Of a DNA stretch of 28,679 nt, positions 1-9,163 are shown one piece after another. The DNA is from Thermotogota bacterium (GTDB lineage: Bacteria; Bipolaricaulota; Bipolaricaulia; UBA7950; UBA9294), in NCBI GenBank assembly GCA_039679545.1, contig JBDKUT010000054.1, positions 1 through 28,679 on the forward strand, in the 5' to 3' direction. Positions within the stretch are counted from its first letter, which is position 1. Each line of letters begins with the position of its first letter. Below the pieces are notes generated by a model. It was not told the DNA's origin. It did not search any database and worked only from the letters and a program-made list of their open reading frames with translations. Made by a program: the position numbers and the translations under genes.

Positions 1-1
1 C

Positions 2-1345
2 CGCGCCACCAAAGGCGAGGAGCGCGTACTCCCGCGGGTCGCGGCCCCGCTCGACCGACACGACGCGGATGGCCCGCTCCATCGATGCGTCGGCAACTTC
101 GAGGATCCCGAGCGCCGCGCCCTCGACCGACAGGCGAAGCGGCTTGGCCACCACGCGATCGATCGCCTCGCGGGCGCTCTCGACATCGAGGGCAGCGAGG
201 CCTCCGATCGCGCGATGCGAGGCGAGGTGCCCGAGGACGAGGTGCGCGTCGGTCACCGTCGGGGTCGTGCCGCCCCGCCCGTAGCAGGCGGGCCCCGGAT
301 CCGCCCCCATGCTTTCGGGTCCGACGCGAAGAGCGCCGCCCGCGTCGATCCAAGCCACGCTGCCGCCGCCCGCGCCGATCGTATGAACCGACACCATCGG
401 CAAGGCGACCGCGCGACTGGCCACCGAGCCGCTCGCGGTCCAGTCGATTCCGCCGTCCGAGACAAGGGCGACGTCGCAGCTCGTTCCGCCCATGTCGAGC
501 GTGATCAGGTTCCTCTCGCCGACGGCCTCTCCCACGGCGCGAGCTCCCTGCACGCCGCCGGCGGGGCCCGAGAGCAGGAGCCGACCGGGCTCCTCTTGGG
601 CGGCGCCCGCACTCATCACGGCGCCGCTCGACTGCATGATCTGCCAGCTCCGCGGAAGCCCGAGCGCCTCGGCCCCACGTTCGAGCGCCGCGAGGTACGC
701 ACCGACCACCGGACGGAGGGCGGCGGTCACCACCGTCGTGGAGGTTCGCTCGAACTCGCGAAACTCGGGGAGCACGTCGCTCGACAGGACGACAGGAACA
801 CTGAGACACTCACGGAGCAGCTCTCGTACGCGCCGCTCGTGCTCCGGTCGCAAGTACGAGAAGAGGAACGCGATGGCAACTGCTTCGACGTGCTCCTTGA
901 CGAGCTTCTCCGCGACGGCGGCAACCTCGTCCTCCGCGAGCGGGACGAGGACGTCGCCCGCCGCATCGACCCGTTCGCTCACCTCGAAGCGCAAGTCGCG
1001 CGGAACGATCGGGGGCGTCCGCTCGAAACCGAGATCGTAGAGCGAGTCTCGATTCTGGCGGCCGATCTCGAGCACGTCACGGAACCCGCGCGTGGTGATG
1101 AGGGCGGTTCGCGCCGTCTTCCCCTCGAGGAGTGCGTTGGTAGCGACGGTGGAGCCGTGGACGATGCGGGCGACGTCAGTGGGATCGATCTCCCGACGGC
1201 TGATCAAGTCGGCGAGAGTTCGCAGCACGCCCTCGGCCGGCGCGGACGGCGTCGACGGCGCCTTTGCAAACCGTACCCCCGTCTCGTCGGCGACGACGAT
1301 GTCGACGAACGTTCCGCCGATGTCGATGCCGATCGCCGTGCGCAT
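2..1345 (-). CDS. Hydantoinase/oxoprolinase family protein (HyuA/OplA A-subunit-like), 3' end runs off the window
   Basis: Manual translation from the ATG at 1345 gives MRTAIGIDIGGTFVDIVV...KAPSTP...HGSTVATNALLEGKTARTALITTRGFRDVLEIGRQNR, the signature N-terminal motifs of the family. Absent from the ORF track, consistent with no stop codon inside the window. Confidence 0.9.
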   Translation of the reverse strand, partial: MRTAIGIDIGGTFVDIVVADETGVRFAKAPSTPSAPAEGVLRTLADLISRREIDPTDVARIVHGSTVATNALLEGKTARTALITTRGFRDVLEIGRQNRDSLYDLGFERTPPIVPRDLRFEVSERVDAAGDVLVPLAEDEVAAVAEKLVKEHVEAVAIAFLFSYLRPEHERRVRELLRECLSVPVVLSSDVLPEFREFERTSTTVVTAALRPVVGAYLAALERGAEALGLPRSWQIMQSSGAVMSAGAAQEEPGRLLLSGPAGGVQGARAVGEAVGERNLITLDMGGTSCDVALVSDGGIDWTASGSVASRAVALPMVSVHTIGAGGGSVAWIDAGGALRVGPESMGADPGPACYGRGGTTPTVTDAHLVLGHLASHRAIGGLAALDVESAREAIDRVVAKPLRLSVEGAALGILEVADASMERAIRVVSVERGRDPREYALLAFGGA

Positions 1346-1352
1346 GCTCGGG

Positions 1353-1380
1353 AGTATAGCTCTTCGGCAGGGGTCCGCAA
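1353..1380 (-). promoter_or_regulatory. Putative sigma70 promoter TTGCGG-N16-TATACT for the hydantoinase gene (leaderless geometry)
   Basis: The -10 TATACT (1358-1353) lies 7 nt upstream of the ATG; -35-like TTGCGG at 1380-1375; no SD. Confidence 0.55.
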
Positions 1381-1451
1381 TCGCCGCCCTACCAGCGGAT
1401 CGGCCCATCGCGTACACTCATATCTCCTGTACGAGCGAGGCAGGAGGGAGC

Positions 1452-2405
1452 ATGCAGCGCGTATTGGTCACCGGAGCAGGGGGGCAGATCGGGTCCGAGC
1501 TCACGCCGGCCCTCCGCAAGCGGCACGGCACATCGAACGTTATCGCGACCGACATCCGTCGCCCGAGCGACCCGTCGCCGGTCACGGACGGCCCGTTCGA
1601 GATCGCCGACGTCCGCAACCGCGAGCGGATCCGCTCGCTGGTCGCGGATCTCCGAATCGACACGATCTACCATATGGCGGCGATCCTCTCCGCCACAGGA
1701 GAGGCAAACCCTCAGCTCGCCTGGGACGTGAACGTCGGCGGCTGGGCCAACGTCCTCGAAGCGGCTCGGGAGCGGTCGGTCGGGCGTGTGTTCTGCCCGA
1801 GTTCGATCGCCGTCTTCGGTCCGGAGACGCCGAGGGACCCAGCCCCGCAGCTCACCGTCCTTCGCCCCACAACGATGTACGGCCTCACCAAGGTGACCGG
1901 CGAGCTGGTCGGCGACTACTACGTGCACCGGTACGGGCTTGACGTTCGCGGCCTGCGCTACCCGGGGATCATTTCGAGCGAGACGCCTCCGGGAGGCGGC
2001 ACGACGGACTACGCCGTTGACATCTTCTACCAGGCGATCCAAACCGGACGGTACACGTGCTTCGTCCGCCCCGACACGGTCCTGCCGATGATGTACATGC
2101 CGGACTGCATCAAGGCGACGCTTGCACTGATGGACGCCGATTTCAAACGGCTCTCGCACCACTGCGACTACAACGTGGCTGGCATGAGCTTCTCCGCCGA
2201 GGAGCTGGCCGCCGAGATCAAGAAACTCGTTCCGTCCTTTATCTGCGAGTACGCACCCGACTTCCGGCAGGCGATCGCCGACTCGTGGCCGAAGAGTCTC
2301 GACGACCGGCTGGCACGCGACGAGTGGGATTGGCGTCCCTCGTTCGACCTCGCCACCATGACCGCCGACATGGTGATACACCTCAAGAGGCGGCTCCACG
2401 CCTAG
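1452..2405 (+). CDS. NAD-dependent epimerase/SDR family, probable L-threonine 3-dehydrogenase (317 aa)
   Basis: GAGGQIG Rossmann motif, HMAAILSATGE, YGLTK catalytic YxxxK, and PGGGTTDYA plus MMYMPD motifs typical of GalE-like threonine dehydrogenases. SD GGAGGGAG precedes ATG 1452. Confidence 0.88.
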   Translation: MQRVLVTGAGGQIGSELTPALRKRHGTSNVIATDIRRPSDPSPVTDGPFEIADVRNRERIRSLVADLRIDTIYHMAAILSATGEANPQLAWDVNVGGWANVLEAARERSVGRVFCPSSIAVFGPETPRDPAPQLTVLRPTTMYGLTKVTGELVGDYYVHRYGLDVRGLRYPGIISSETPPGGGTTDYAVDIFYQAIQTGRYTCFVRPDTVLPMMYMPDCIKATLALMDADFKRLSHHCDYNVAGMSFSAEELAAEIKKLVPSFICEYAPDFRQAIADSWPKSLDDRLARDEWDWRPSFDLATMTADMVIHLKRRLHA

Positions 2406-2410
2406 ACCCG

Positions 2411-2498
2411 CCGAAGCCCGAGAAAGCAAGAGACTCCGCTCGGAGTCGTCCTAAAGGAAGAGACTCCGCCGTGGCGGAGTCTCGGTCTTTCTCTTCGG
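2411..2498. terminator. Tandem hairpins between convergent genes, probable bidirectional intrinsic terminator
   Basis: Hairpins GACTCCG/CGGAGTC (2432-2447) and GAGACTCCGCC/GGCGGAGTCTC (2460-2483), followed by pyrimidine-rich tails on both strands. Confidence 0.7.
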
Positions 2499-2514
2499 AG
2501 AGCTTCTCTCGTCA

Positions 2515-2868
2515 CTACTCGACGAGCATCAGCCGCGCCTGCTCGGCGGCGTCGCCGCGCCGGGGGCCCAGCTTCACGATGCGCGTGTACCCTCCGGCCC
2601 GGTTCTGCATCTTCGGGCCGATGTCGGTGAACAGCTTGTCGACGGCTTCCTTGTCCCGAAGGCGAGAGAACGCGATGCGCCGCGCGTGCAGGTCGCCGCG
2701 CCGGGCCAGGGTGATCAGCCGCTCCGCGAACTTCTGGCTCGCCTTCGCCCGTAGAAGGGTCGTGTCGACCTTCGAGTGGAGGATGAGCGCGTTCGTCAGG
2801 TTGGCGAGCACGCTGCGCCGATGACTCGGCAGCATGCCCATCTTGTCGATGTCTACTCTATGACGCAT
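2515..2868 (-). CDS. rplQ: 50S ribosomal protein L17
   Basis: MRHR start, TTLLRAK, GGYTRIVKLGPRRGDAA; follows rpoA. Confidence 0.96.
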   Translation of the reverse strand: MRHRVDIDKMGMLPSHRRSVLANLTNALILHSKVDTTLLRAKASQKFAERLITLARRGDLHARRIAFSRLRDKEAVDKLFTDIGPKMQNRAGGYTRIVKLGPRRGDAAEQARLMLVE

Positions 2869-3811
2869 CGTGAACCTCTCCTTCGCTCTTGAGCGAGTAC
2901 CCGAGCTCCGCGAGGCGATCCTCGACCTTGCTCAGCGTCTTCGCTCCAAACCCATGGATGTCGAGGAGCTCCTCTCTCGGCCTCGCGAGGAGCTGCCCCA
3001 GGGTCGTGATGTCCGCTTCCTGAAGAAGGTTGCACGCCCGCTGGTCGATCTCGAGATCCAGGAGTGGGACCGAGAGCTCGTGCTCCTCGCCGCCCTCGGC
3101 CTCTTCCATCGCCATCCCGAACGGATGCTCGGAGAAGCTTCGGAAGAGCTCCAAGTGCCGCATCAAGAGCCGACCGGCCTCAGACAGCGCCTCTTCTGGA
3201 CGAATGCCGCCGTTCGTCGTGATCTCCATGACGAGGCGTTCGTACCCCGACTTGCCTCCGACGCGCGTCTCTTCGACGACAAAGTTGACACGCTTGACCG
3301 GCGAGAAGTCGGCGTCGACGGGGATCACGGACAGGGGTGCGTCCTCCGGTCGGTTCAGTTCCGCCGGTAGGTACGAGAACCCGGTCTCGACCTCCATCTC
3401 CATGTCGAGAGCGCCCTTGTCGTTCAGCGTCGCGATGTGCAGATCGGGATTGATCACTTCGACGCCTGGTGGCAGGTCGATGTCGGCCGCCGTCACCTTG
3501 CTGCGTCCCTTCTTCTCGAGCGACAGGCGCTTGACGCCTTCCTCGTGAACCCGAAGCGAGAGCCCCTTCAGGTTCAGGATGATCTCGAGGATGTCTTCCT
3601 TGACGCCCTCGATGGTGTCGTACTCGTGGTACTTGCCCGCAAACCGCACCCGAACGACCGCCGCTCCGGGAATCGCCGACAAGAGCGTGCGTCGTATCGC
3701 GTTCCCAAGCGTGGTACCGAACCCCTGCTCCAGCGGTTCGATGATGATTTTCCCGGTCGTATCCGTGAGCTCCTCAACCTTGATCTCTTTCGGGAAGACC
3801 AACTCATCCAT
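2858..3811 (-). CDS. rpoA: RNA polymerase alpha subunit
   Basis: EPLEQGFGTTLGNAIRRTLLS, GVKEDILEIILNLK, DADFSPV, and an alpha-CTD with GFGAKT. Confidence 0.98.
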   Translation of the reverse strand: MDELVFPKEIKVEELTDTTGKIIIEPLEQGFGTTLGNAIRRTLLSAIPGAAVVRVRFAGKYHEYDTIEGVKEDILEIILNLKGLSLRVHEEGVKRLSLEKKGRSKVTAADIDLPPGVEVINPDLHIATLNDKGALDMEMEVETGFSYLPAELNRPEDAPLSVIPVDADFSPVKRVNFVVEETRVGGKSGYERLVMEITTNGGIRPEEALSEAGRLLMRHLELFRSFSEHPFGMAMEEAEGGEEHELSVPLLDLEIDQRACNLLQEADITTLGQLLARPREELLDIHGFGAKTLSKVEDRLAELGYSLKSEGEVHDAS

Positions 3812-3823
3812 CGAAACCTCCTA

Positions 3824-4447
3824 CTAGCGGGAGTAGTACTCGACGATCAGATTCGCGGCGATGTCGAGGCCCGTCCGCGTCAAATCCGGGGCCGCAATGA
3901 GCTGGAACTTCATCGCGTCCGCATTGCGCTCGATCCAGGGCGGCACGTCGCGGCCGAGGTTGGCTTCGACAATAGCCTTGACCTTCTCGCGCCGGATCTC
4001 CTTGACCGAGCCGACGTCGCCCTGCTGCAGGACCAGCGAAGGGATGTTCGTCGCACGGCCGTTCAACTCGAAATGCCCGTGGAGGATCATCTGCCGGGCC
4101 TGCTGGCGGGACGACGCGAAGCCGGCGCGGTACACCATATTGTCAAACCGCTGCTCGAGCGTCGACAGGAGTGCTGTTCCGGTCGCGCCCTTGACGCTCT
4201 TCGCCCGCGCGACGTAGATGCGGAACTGCTTCTCCCGCACTCCGTAGATGCGGCGTGCCTTCTGCTTCTCCCGCAGGTGCAGGAGGAACTGGCTCCGTCG
4301 AGGCCGACGCTTCTTCGGCCCTTCGCCGGGGGGATTCGTCCGCCGCGAAACCGCGCAGCTCCGCGAGTAGCAGCGGTCCCCTTTCAGGAACAGCTTCTCG
4401 CCTTCCCGGCGGCACTGTTTGCACTTCGCGCCCGTGTCGCGTCCCAT
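3824..4447 (-). CDS. rpsD: 30S ribosomal protein S4 (zinc-binding Cys type)
   Basis: MGRDTGAKCKQCRREGEKLFLKG..C, LREKQK, C-terminal IVEYYSR. Start overlaps the rpsK stop (TAATG). Confidence 0.96.
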   Translation of the reverse strand: MGRDTGAKCKQCRREGEKLFLKGDRCYSRSCAVSRRTNPPGEGPKKRRPRRSQFLLHLREKQKARRIYGVREKQFRIYVARAKSVKGATGTALLSTLEQRFDNMVYRAGFASSRQQARQMILHGHFELNGRATNIPSLVLQQGDVGSVKEIRREKVKAIVEANLGRDVPPWIERNADAMKFQLIAAPDLTRTGLDIAANLIVEYYSR

Positions 4448-4794
4448 TATCGTCTCCCCTTGCTGTGCGAAACCGGCGTCACGTTCTTGACTTCCTCGAC
4501 GCGAATCCCCGACGCCTTGATGGTCTGGACGACCGACTGCCGCCCCGATCCGGTCCCCTTCACGCGGATCGCCACGCTCCGGATGCCGTAGTCCTTCATC
4601 TCGCGGACCAGCGCCTCCGCGGCGATCTGAGCCGCGTACGGAGTTCCCTTCTTCGAGCCCTTGTAGCCGACGACTCCGGGACTCTTCCACGCCACCGGAT
4701 GACCGCCCGGATCGGTCACCGTGATGATCGTGTTGTTGAACGTCGAATGGACGTGAATGAGCGCGCGTTCGAGCTTGATGTTCTTCGTCGCCAT
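4447..4794 (-). CDS. rpsK: 30S ribosomal protein S11 (short, divergent C-tail)
   Basis: STFNNTIITVTD, KGSKKGTPYAAQ; SD GAGG upstream of ATG 4794. Confidence 0.95.
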   Translation of the reverse strand: MATKNIKLERALIHVHSTFNNTIITVTDPGGHPVAWKSPGVVGYKGSKKGTPYAAQIAAEALVREMKDYGIRSVAIRVKGTGSGRQSVVQTIKASGIRVEEVKNVTPVSHSKGRR

Positions 4795-4796
4795 CG

Positions 4797-5162
4797 TTAC
4801 CTCTTCTTCCCGGCTTTGGCCGGACGCGGACCCTTCCACGTGCGGGCATTCGCCCGCGTGCGCTGCCCTCGAACCGGGAGTCTCTTCTTGTGCCGAATGC
4901 CGCGATACGAGTTGATATCCTTCAGGCGCTGGATGCTTGCGTACACCCGCCGCCGGAGATCCCCTTCCACCACGTACTGCTCGACTTCGCGGCGGAGGCT
5001 GGCCACTTCGTTCTCCGTCAGGTCTTTCACGCGGACGTCGGGCGAGATCCCGGTCTTCTCGATGATCTCGACCGAACGAGGCCGCCCGATTCCATAGATG
5101 TACGTCAGCGCAATCTCGATCCGCTTGTTGCTCGGCAGATTGACTCCGGCTATACGCGCCAT
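4797..5162 (-). CDS. rpsM: 30S ribosomal protein S13
   Basis: [32 protein letters not shown]. Confidence 0.98.
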   Translation of the reverse strand: MARIAGVNLPSNKRIEIALTYIYGIGRPRSVEIIEKTGISPDVRVKDLTENEVASLRREVEQYVVEGDLRRRVYASIQRLKDINSYRGIRHKKRLPVRGQRTRANARTWKGPRPAKAGKKR

Positions 5163-5172
5163 TCCTCTCCCC

Positions 5173-5286
5173 CTACCCTTGCCGCTGCTTGTGCTTGGGA
5201 TTCCGGCAGATCACGAGAACGCGACCTTCGCGCCGGATCACCTTGCACTTCGCACACATCTTCTTGACTGACGCTCGAACCTTCAT
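5173..5286 (-). CDS. rpmJ: 50S ribosomal protein L36 (37 aa, C-x2-C/C/H zinc type)
   Basis: Manual translation: [37 protein letters not shown]; below the ORF-track size cutoff. Confidence 0.97.
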   Translation of the reverse strand: MKVRASVKKMCAKCKVIRREGRVLVICRNPKHKQRQG

Positions 5287-5306
5287 CGCCGTCGGCGCAC
5301 CTCGAA

Positions 5307-5546
5307 CTACCCCTCGCGATAGACAATCCGCCCCTTCGTTAGGTCATAGGGCGACATCTCCACAATCACTCGATCCCCTGTCAGGATCCGAATGTAGTGT
5401 TTCCGGATCCGACCGGAAATGTGACACAGGATGACGTGGTCATTGGGCAGCTTCACCCGAAACATGGAACTCGGTAAGCTTTCGAGGACTTCTCCCCGCT
5501 GCCGAATCACGTCGGACTTCTTGTCGCGAGTCTCATTCGTCGACAC
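5307..5546 (-). CDS. infA: Translation initiation factor IF-1 (start uncertain: GTG 5546 or 5561)
   Basis: [48 protein letters not shown]. Confidence 0.95.
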   Translation of the reverse strand: MSTNETRDKKSDVIRQRGEVLESLPSSMFRVKLPNDHVILCHISGRIRKHYIRILTGDRVIVEMSPYDLTKGRIVYREG

Positions 5547-6309
5547 TGCGCCTTGCGTCACCTCCTTGAGTCAGGACTGCGGCTCCTTGCTCGGTCAACG
5601 CGACCGTATGTTCAAAATGCACAGAAAGCCCTCCAGACGCCGTCACCACGGTCCACCGATCGTCCCGCACTTTCGTCGGAAGGGGATCCGTCTTGACCAT
5701 CGGCTCGATCGCGAGGGTCATCCCCGCGCGAAGGCGAGGCCCGCGCCCCGGCGGACCGTAGTTCGGGATCTGAGGATCTTCATGCAAGCTCCTGCCAATC
5801 CCATGCCCGACGTATTCCCGCACGACATGGTACCCGCTTCTCTCCACGTAGGAACCGATCGCGTGGGACACGTCCGACACTCGGTTGCCGATTCTAACGT
5901 TCCGAATCCCTTCCCACAAGCTTTTCTCCCCAACTTCCAGCAGTCTCCGCGCTTCCGCGCTGATCTTCCCAACCCCGACCGTCGTCGCCATGTCCGCGCA
6001 GAATCCGCGCCGCACCATGCCGATGTCGATCGAGAACAGGTCCCCTTCCGCGAGGACCCGCTCGTCGCTCGGGATCCCATGCACGATCTCCTCGTTCAAC
6101 GAGGCGTTGATCGCGCCCGGGAACCCCGCGAGTCGGTCAAACGCCGTCTCGCCCCCACACTCCGCGATCAACTGACGCGCCAGCCGATCGAAGTGCGCCG
6201 TCGTCCTTCCCGGCCGGACGTCGTCGCACAACCGCTTCAGGATGCCGGCAAGAAGCGCTCCGTTCTCCTGCATCACCTCGAGCTCCACGGGGGACTTCAG
6301 CGGGATCAT
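5533..6309 (-). CDS. map: Type I methionine aminopeptidase
   Basis: [38 protein letters not shown]; metal ligands intact. Confidence 0.96.
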   Translation of the reverse strand: MIPLKSPVELEVMQENGALLAGILKRLCDDVRPGRTTAHFDRLARQLIAECGGETAFDRLAGFPGAINASLNEEIVHGIPSDERVLAEGDLFSIDIGMVRRGFCADMATTVGVGKISAEARRLLEVGEKSLWEGIRNVRIGNRVSDVSHAIGSYVERSGYHVVREYVGHGIGRSLHEDPQIPNYGPPGRGPRLRAGMTLAIEPMVKTDPLPTKVRDDRWTVVTASGGLSVHFEHTVALTEQGAAVLTQGGDARRSVDE

Positions 6310-6938
6310 GCCACGAGGATCCGCATGACCTCTGCGAAGACTCGATCACTGCCGAGCTTTCCGTCCACCGGCCTCAGGAGCCCGCGCGCGCGGTAGAAGG
6401 CAATCAGCGGCGCCGTCGACCGCTCGTACACGTCATAGCGGTTCTCGATGACCGATGGCTGATCGTCATCCCGCTGATACAGCTCGCCGCCGCACGCCTC
6501 GCACCGGGTCGTCCCCGCCGCAAGGTTGAAGCCCAGGTTGTAGATCGTCCCGCACGCACGGCACACCCGCCTCGCCGCAAGTCGCCGGACGACCTCGGCA
6601 CGGGAGAGGTCGATGTTCACCACGGCATCCAGCTTGCTGATCCGGTCCAGCGCCTCCGCCTGAGCCACCGTCCGCGGAAACCCGTCGAGCACGAACCCCT
6701 TCTTCGCCCGCTCGATGCGGCCACGGATCATGTCGATGATCAGGTTGTCGGGGACCAGCTCGCCACGGTCCATGAATCCCTTCGCCTTCTCCCCGAGACC
6801 CGTCGAACGGGCGACCTCGTCCCGCAGGATGTCGCCCGTCGACAAGTGCTCAAGGCCAAGTTCGCCGACCACTCGCTTGGCTTGAGTCCCCTTGCCGGCG
6901 CCCGGGGGGCCGAGGAACACGATCCGCGTCGCGCCCAT
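6306..6938 (-). CDS. adk: Adenylate kinase (zinc LID type)
   Basis: GPPGAGKGTQ, LSTGDILR, LDGFPRT, LID with CxxC...CxxC. ATG 6938 overlaps the secY stop. Confidence 0.96.
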   Translation of the reverse strand: MGATRIVFLGPPGAGKGTQAKRVVGELGLEHLSTGDILRDEVARSTGLGEKAKGFMDRGELVPDNLIIDMIRGRIERAKKGFVLDGFPRTVAQAEALDRISKLDAVVNIDLSRAEVVRRLAARRVCRACGTIYNLGFNLAAGTTRCEACGGELYQRDDDQPSVIENRYDVYERSTAPLIAFYRARGLLRPVDGKLGSDRVFAEVMRILVA

Positions 6939-8227
6939 CAGCTCTTCCTTCCGAGCAGCCGTCCCGACTTCGTCAGGCTCTCGTAGTGGCGCATGACAAG
7001 GTGGGCCTCGATTTGCATCACCGTGTCGATGCCAACACCCACGACGATCAGGAGCGACGTACCGCCGATCAGGAACATCGTCGACAGGCCGCTCGCCCAA
7101 GACAGGAGGTACGGCAGCACCGCGACGACTGCGAGGAACACGGCCCCCACGAGGAGGATCCGGTTCATGACGCTGACGATGTAGTCTGCCGTCGGCTGGC
7201 CGGGGCGCACCCCGGGGATAAACCCGCCCGCCTCACGCACGTTCTTCGCGACGTCGTTCGGATCGAAGACGATCGAGCTGTAGAAGTAGGTGAAGAAGAA
7301 GATCAGAAGCACGTACAGTGTCACGTACACAGGGCTTCCTGACTGGATCCACGGCAGGTACGCCTTCAGCGAGGGAACCGCCTGGAACAGCGTTACGGGC
7401 AAGCTGAGTAAGGCCGACGCGAAGATGATCGGGATGACGCCGCCCTGGTTCACCCGCAACGGGAGGTGCGACGTGTGTCCGCCGTAGATCCGGCGGCCCA
7501 TGGTTCGCTTCGCGTATTGGATCTGAATCTTCCGCTGCCCCTGCTGCACCATCGTCATCGCCGCGATCACGACGATCAAGAGAGCGATGAACGCCACGCC
7601 CCACAACGGGTGCGCCGACCCGGTACTGATGCTCGTCCACATCGAGTTCAACGACGCCGGGAAACGCGACAGAATGCCGATCATGATGAGCATGCTGATT
7701 CCGTTCCCGATGCCGTTCTCGGTCATTCGTTCGCCGAGCCACATCAGGAAGAGGGTTCCCGTGGTGAGGGCGATCACGGTCGAGACGTAGAAGAGAATCG
7801 GCGAGTCAATGGTGCTTGCGCCACGGATCAGGCTCGTCATGAAGGCGCCCTCGATCACCGCGAGCACGACGGTCGCCCATCGGGTATAGGACGTGATCTT
7901 CCGTCGCCCTTCGCGCCCCTGCTGTTGGAGTTCCTTCAGCTTCGGAACAACCGACGTCAAGAGGCTGAAGATGATCGAGGCGTTGATGTACGGCGTCACG
8001 CCGAGCGCGAACAGCGAGAACCGCTGAAGTGCGCCGCCCGTGAACATGTTCATGAAATCCAGGACGCCGCCGCCCTGCTGCGTGAAGAAATCGCTCAACA
8101 AGGCACGGCTGACCCCTGGGACCGTGATGTGCGTTCCGATCCGGAATACGATGATCGCCCCAAGCGTGAACAGAATGCGTTTTCGAAGCTCGGGGACCTT
8201 GAACAGGCTGGTGAACTTCTCCCACAC
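6938..8227 (-). CDS. secY: Preprotein translocase subunit SecY
   Basis: FSLFALGVTPYINASII, GIGNGISMLI, GVIPIIFAS, FIPGVRPG, GGTSLLIVVGV. Confidence 0.98.
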   Translation of the reverse strand: MWEKFTSLFKVPELRKRILFTLGAIIVFRIGTHITVPGVSRALLSDFFTQQGGGVLDFMNMFTGGALQRFSLFALGVTPYINASIIFSLLTSVVPKLKELQQQGREGRRKITSYTRWATVVLAVIEGAFMTSLIRGASTIDSPILFYVSTVIALTTGTLFLMWLGERMTENGIGNGISMLIMIGILSRFPASLNSMWTSISTGSAHPLWGVAFIALLIVVIAAMTMVQQGQRKIQIQYAKRTMGRRIYGGHTSHLPLRVNQGGVIPIIFASALLSLPVTLFQAVPSLKAYLPWIQSGSPVYVTLYVLLIFFFTYFYSSIVFDPNDVAKNVREAGGFIPGVRPGQPTADYIVSVMNRILLVGAVFLAVVAVLPYLLSWASGLSTMFLIGGTSLLIVVGVGIDTVMQIEAHLVMRHYESLTKSGRLLGRKS

Positions 8228-8229
8228 GG

Positions 8230-8676
8230 CTAGATCACCTCGGCCTTGCCGCCCGCCGCCTCGATCTTCCGCTTCGCCTCCGTGGCGAATCGGTGCGCGC
8301 GGACCGTGAGGGGCTTCGAGAGGTCGCCGCGGCCGAGGATCTTGACGAGAGGGTTCCGCCCCCGCACGAGGCGCATCTCGCCCAGAACCTCCGGGGTCAC
8401 TTCGTCGTGGGACTCAAAACGCGCCTCGAGGGTGTCGACGTTCACGCACGCATACTCGATCCGGGAGTAGTTGTGGAATCCGCGCTTCGGAACGCGCATC
8501 CAGATCGGAGTCTGTCCGCCCTCGTACCCGAGTCGCGTCCCGCCGCCGCTGCGGGAGTTTTGTCCCTTGGTCCCGCGGCCGCTTTCGTGGCCGCCGTGAC
8601 CCGAGCCGTACCCGCGGCCCACCCGCTTCTTGCGGTGAGTGCTCCCCTGTGTCGGGCGAAGATCTTCAAGCCGCAT
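8230..8676 (-). CDS. rplO: 50S ribosomal protein L15
   Basis: RVGRGYGSG, GRGTKGQNSRSG, EGGQTP, PKRGF; SD GGAGG before ATG 8676. Confidence 0.96.
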   Translation of the reverse strand: MRLEDLRPTQGSTHRKKRVGRGYGSGHGGHESGRGTKGQNSRSGGGTRLGYEGGQTPIWMRVPKRGFHNYSRIEYACVNVDTLEARFESHDEVTPEVLGEMRLVRGRNPLVKILGRGDLSKPLTVRAHRFATEAKRKIEAAGGKAEVI

Positions 8677-9163
8677 GCCCAACCTCCTCGGTCGTGCGAA
8701 CGCCACGCAACTGCTCGACGTCGCGTCGATTGCGGAGATGAGCGAGGCCGTCGAGCGCGGCACGAGAGAGGGTCAACGGGTTCGTCGTCCCGATCGACTT
8801 GGTCAGGACATCCTTGATGCCGGCGAGGCGGCAGATCGCGCCGACCGTCACGCCCGCGATCAGCCCCGTTCCCGGGTACGCGGGCTTCAGGAGGACATTG
8901 CCTGCCTTGAACTTCCCGTGCACCTCGTGCGGGATCGTGTCGCCGTCCATGTTCACGGTCACCATGTGTTTCTTCGCGTCGCGAATCGCCTGCTGGATGG
9001 CCCGCGGAATCTCGGTCGTGCTCCCGACGCCGACCCCGACCTGGCCTTTCCGGTCTCCCACCACCATCGTGACGCGAAAGCGGAGGTTCCGACCACCCTT
9101 CGTGACCTTGCTGACCCGTCGGATGTCGATGATCTCGTTCTCAAACTCGTCGTGGCTGATCAA
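8666..9163 (-). CDS. rpsE: 30S ribosomal protein S5 (TTG start inferred)
   Basis: RVSKVTKGGR, VVGDRKG, KPAYPGTGLIAG; GGAGG upstream of TTG 9163. Confidence 0.94.
   Translation of the reverse strand: MISHDEFENEIIDIRRVSKVTKGGRNLRFRVTMVVGDRKGQVGVGVGSTTEIPRAIQQAIRDAKKHMVTVNMDGDTIPHEVHGKFKAGNVLLKPAYPGTGLIAGVTVGAICRLAGIKDVLTKSIGTTNPLTLSRAALDGLAHLRNRRDVEQLRGVRTTEEVGHAA

Noticed and set aside
215..1942. 575-aa plus-strand ORF and other long antisense ORFs (e.g. 9214-11241, 3437-4591, 27801-28613)
   Set aside because: Shadow frames of real genes in high-GC DNA; Arg/Pro-rich with no recognisable motifs.
2428..2483. Possible CRISPR-like repeat
   Set aside because: Only two 12-nt copies at 30-nt period, no cas genes; explained by terminator hairpins.
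4448..4849. Apparent N-terminal extensions in the ORF track (rpsD to 4849, adk to 7100, hpf to 27082, zinc-ribbon gene to 25778, dehydrogenase from 1092)
   Set aside because: Artefacts of choosing the longest ORF; they overlap upstream genes, and better starts with SDs or stop/start coupling exist.
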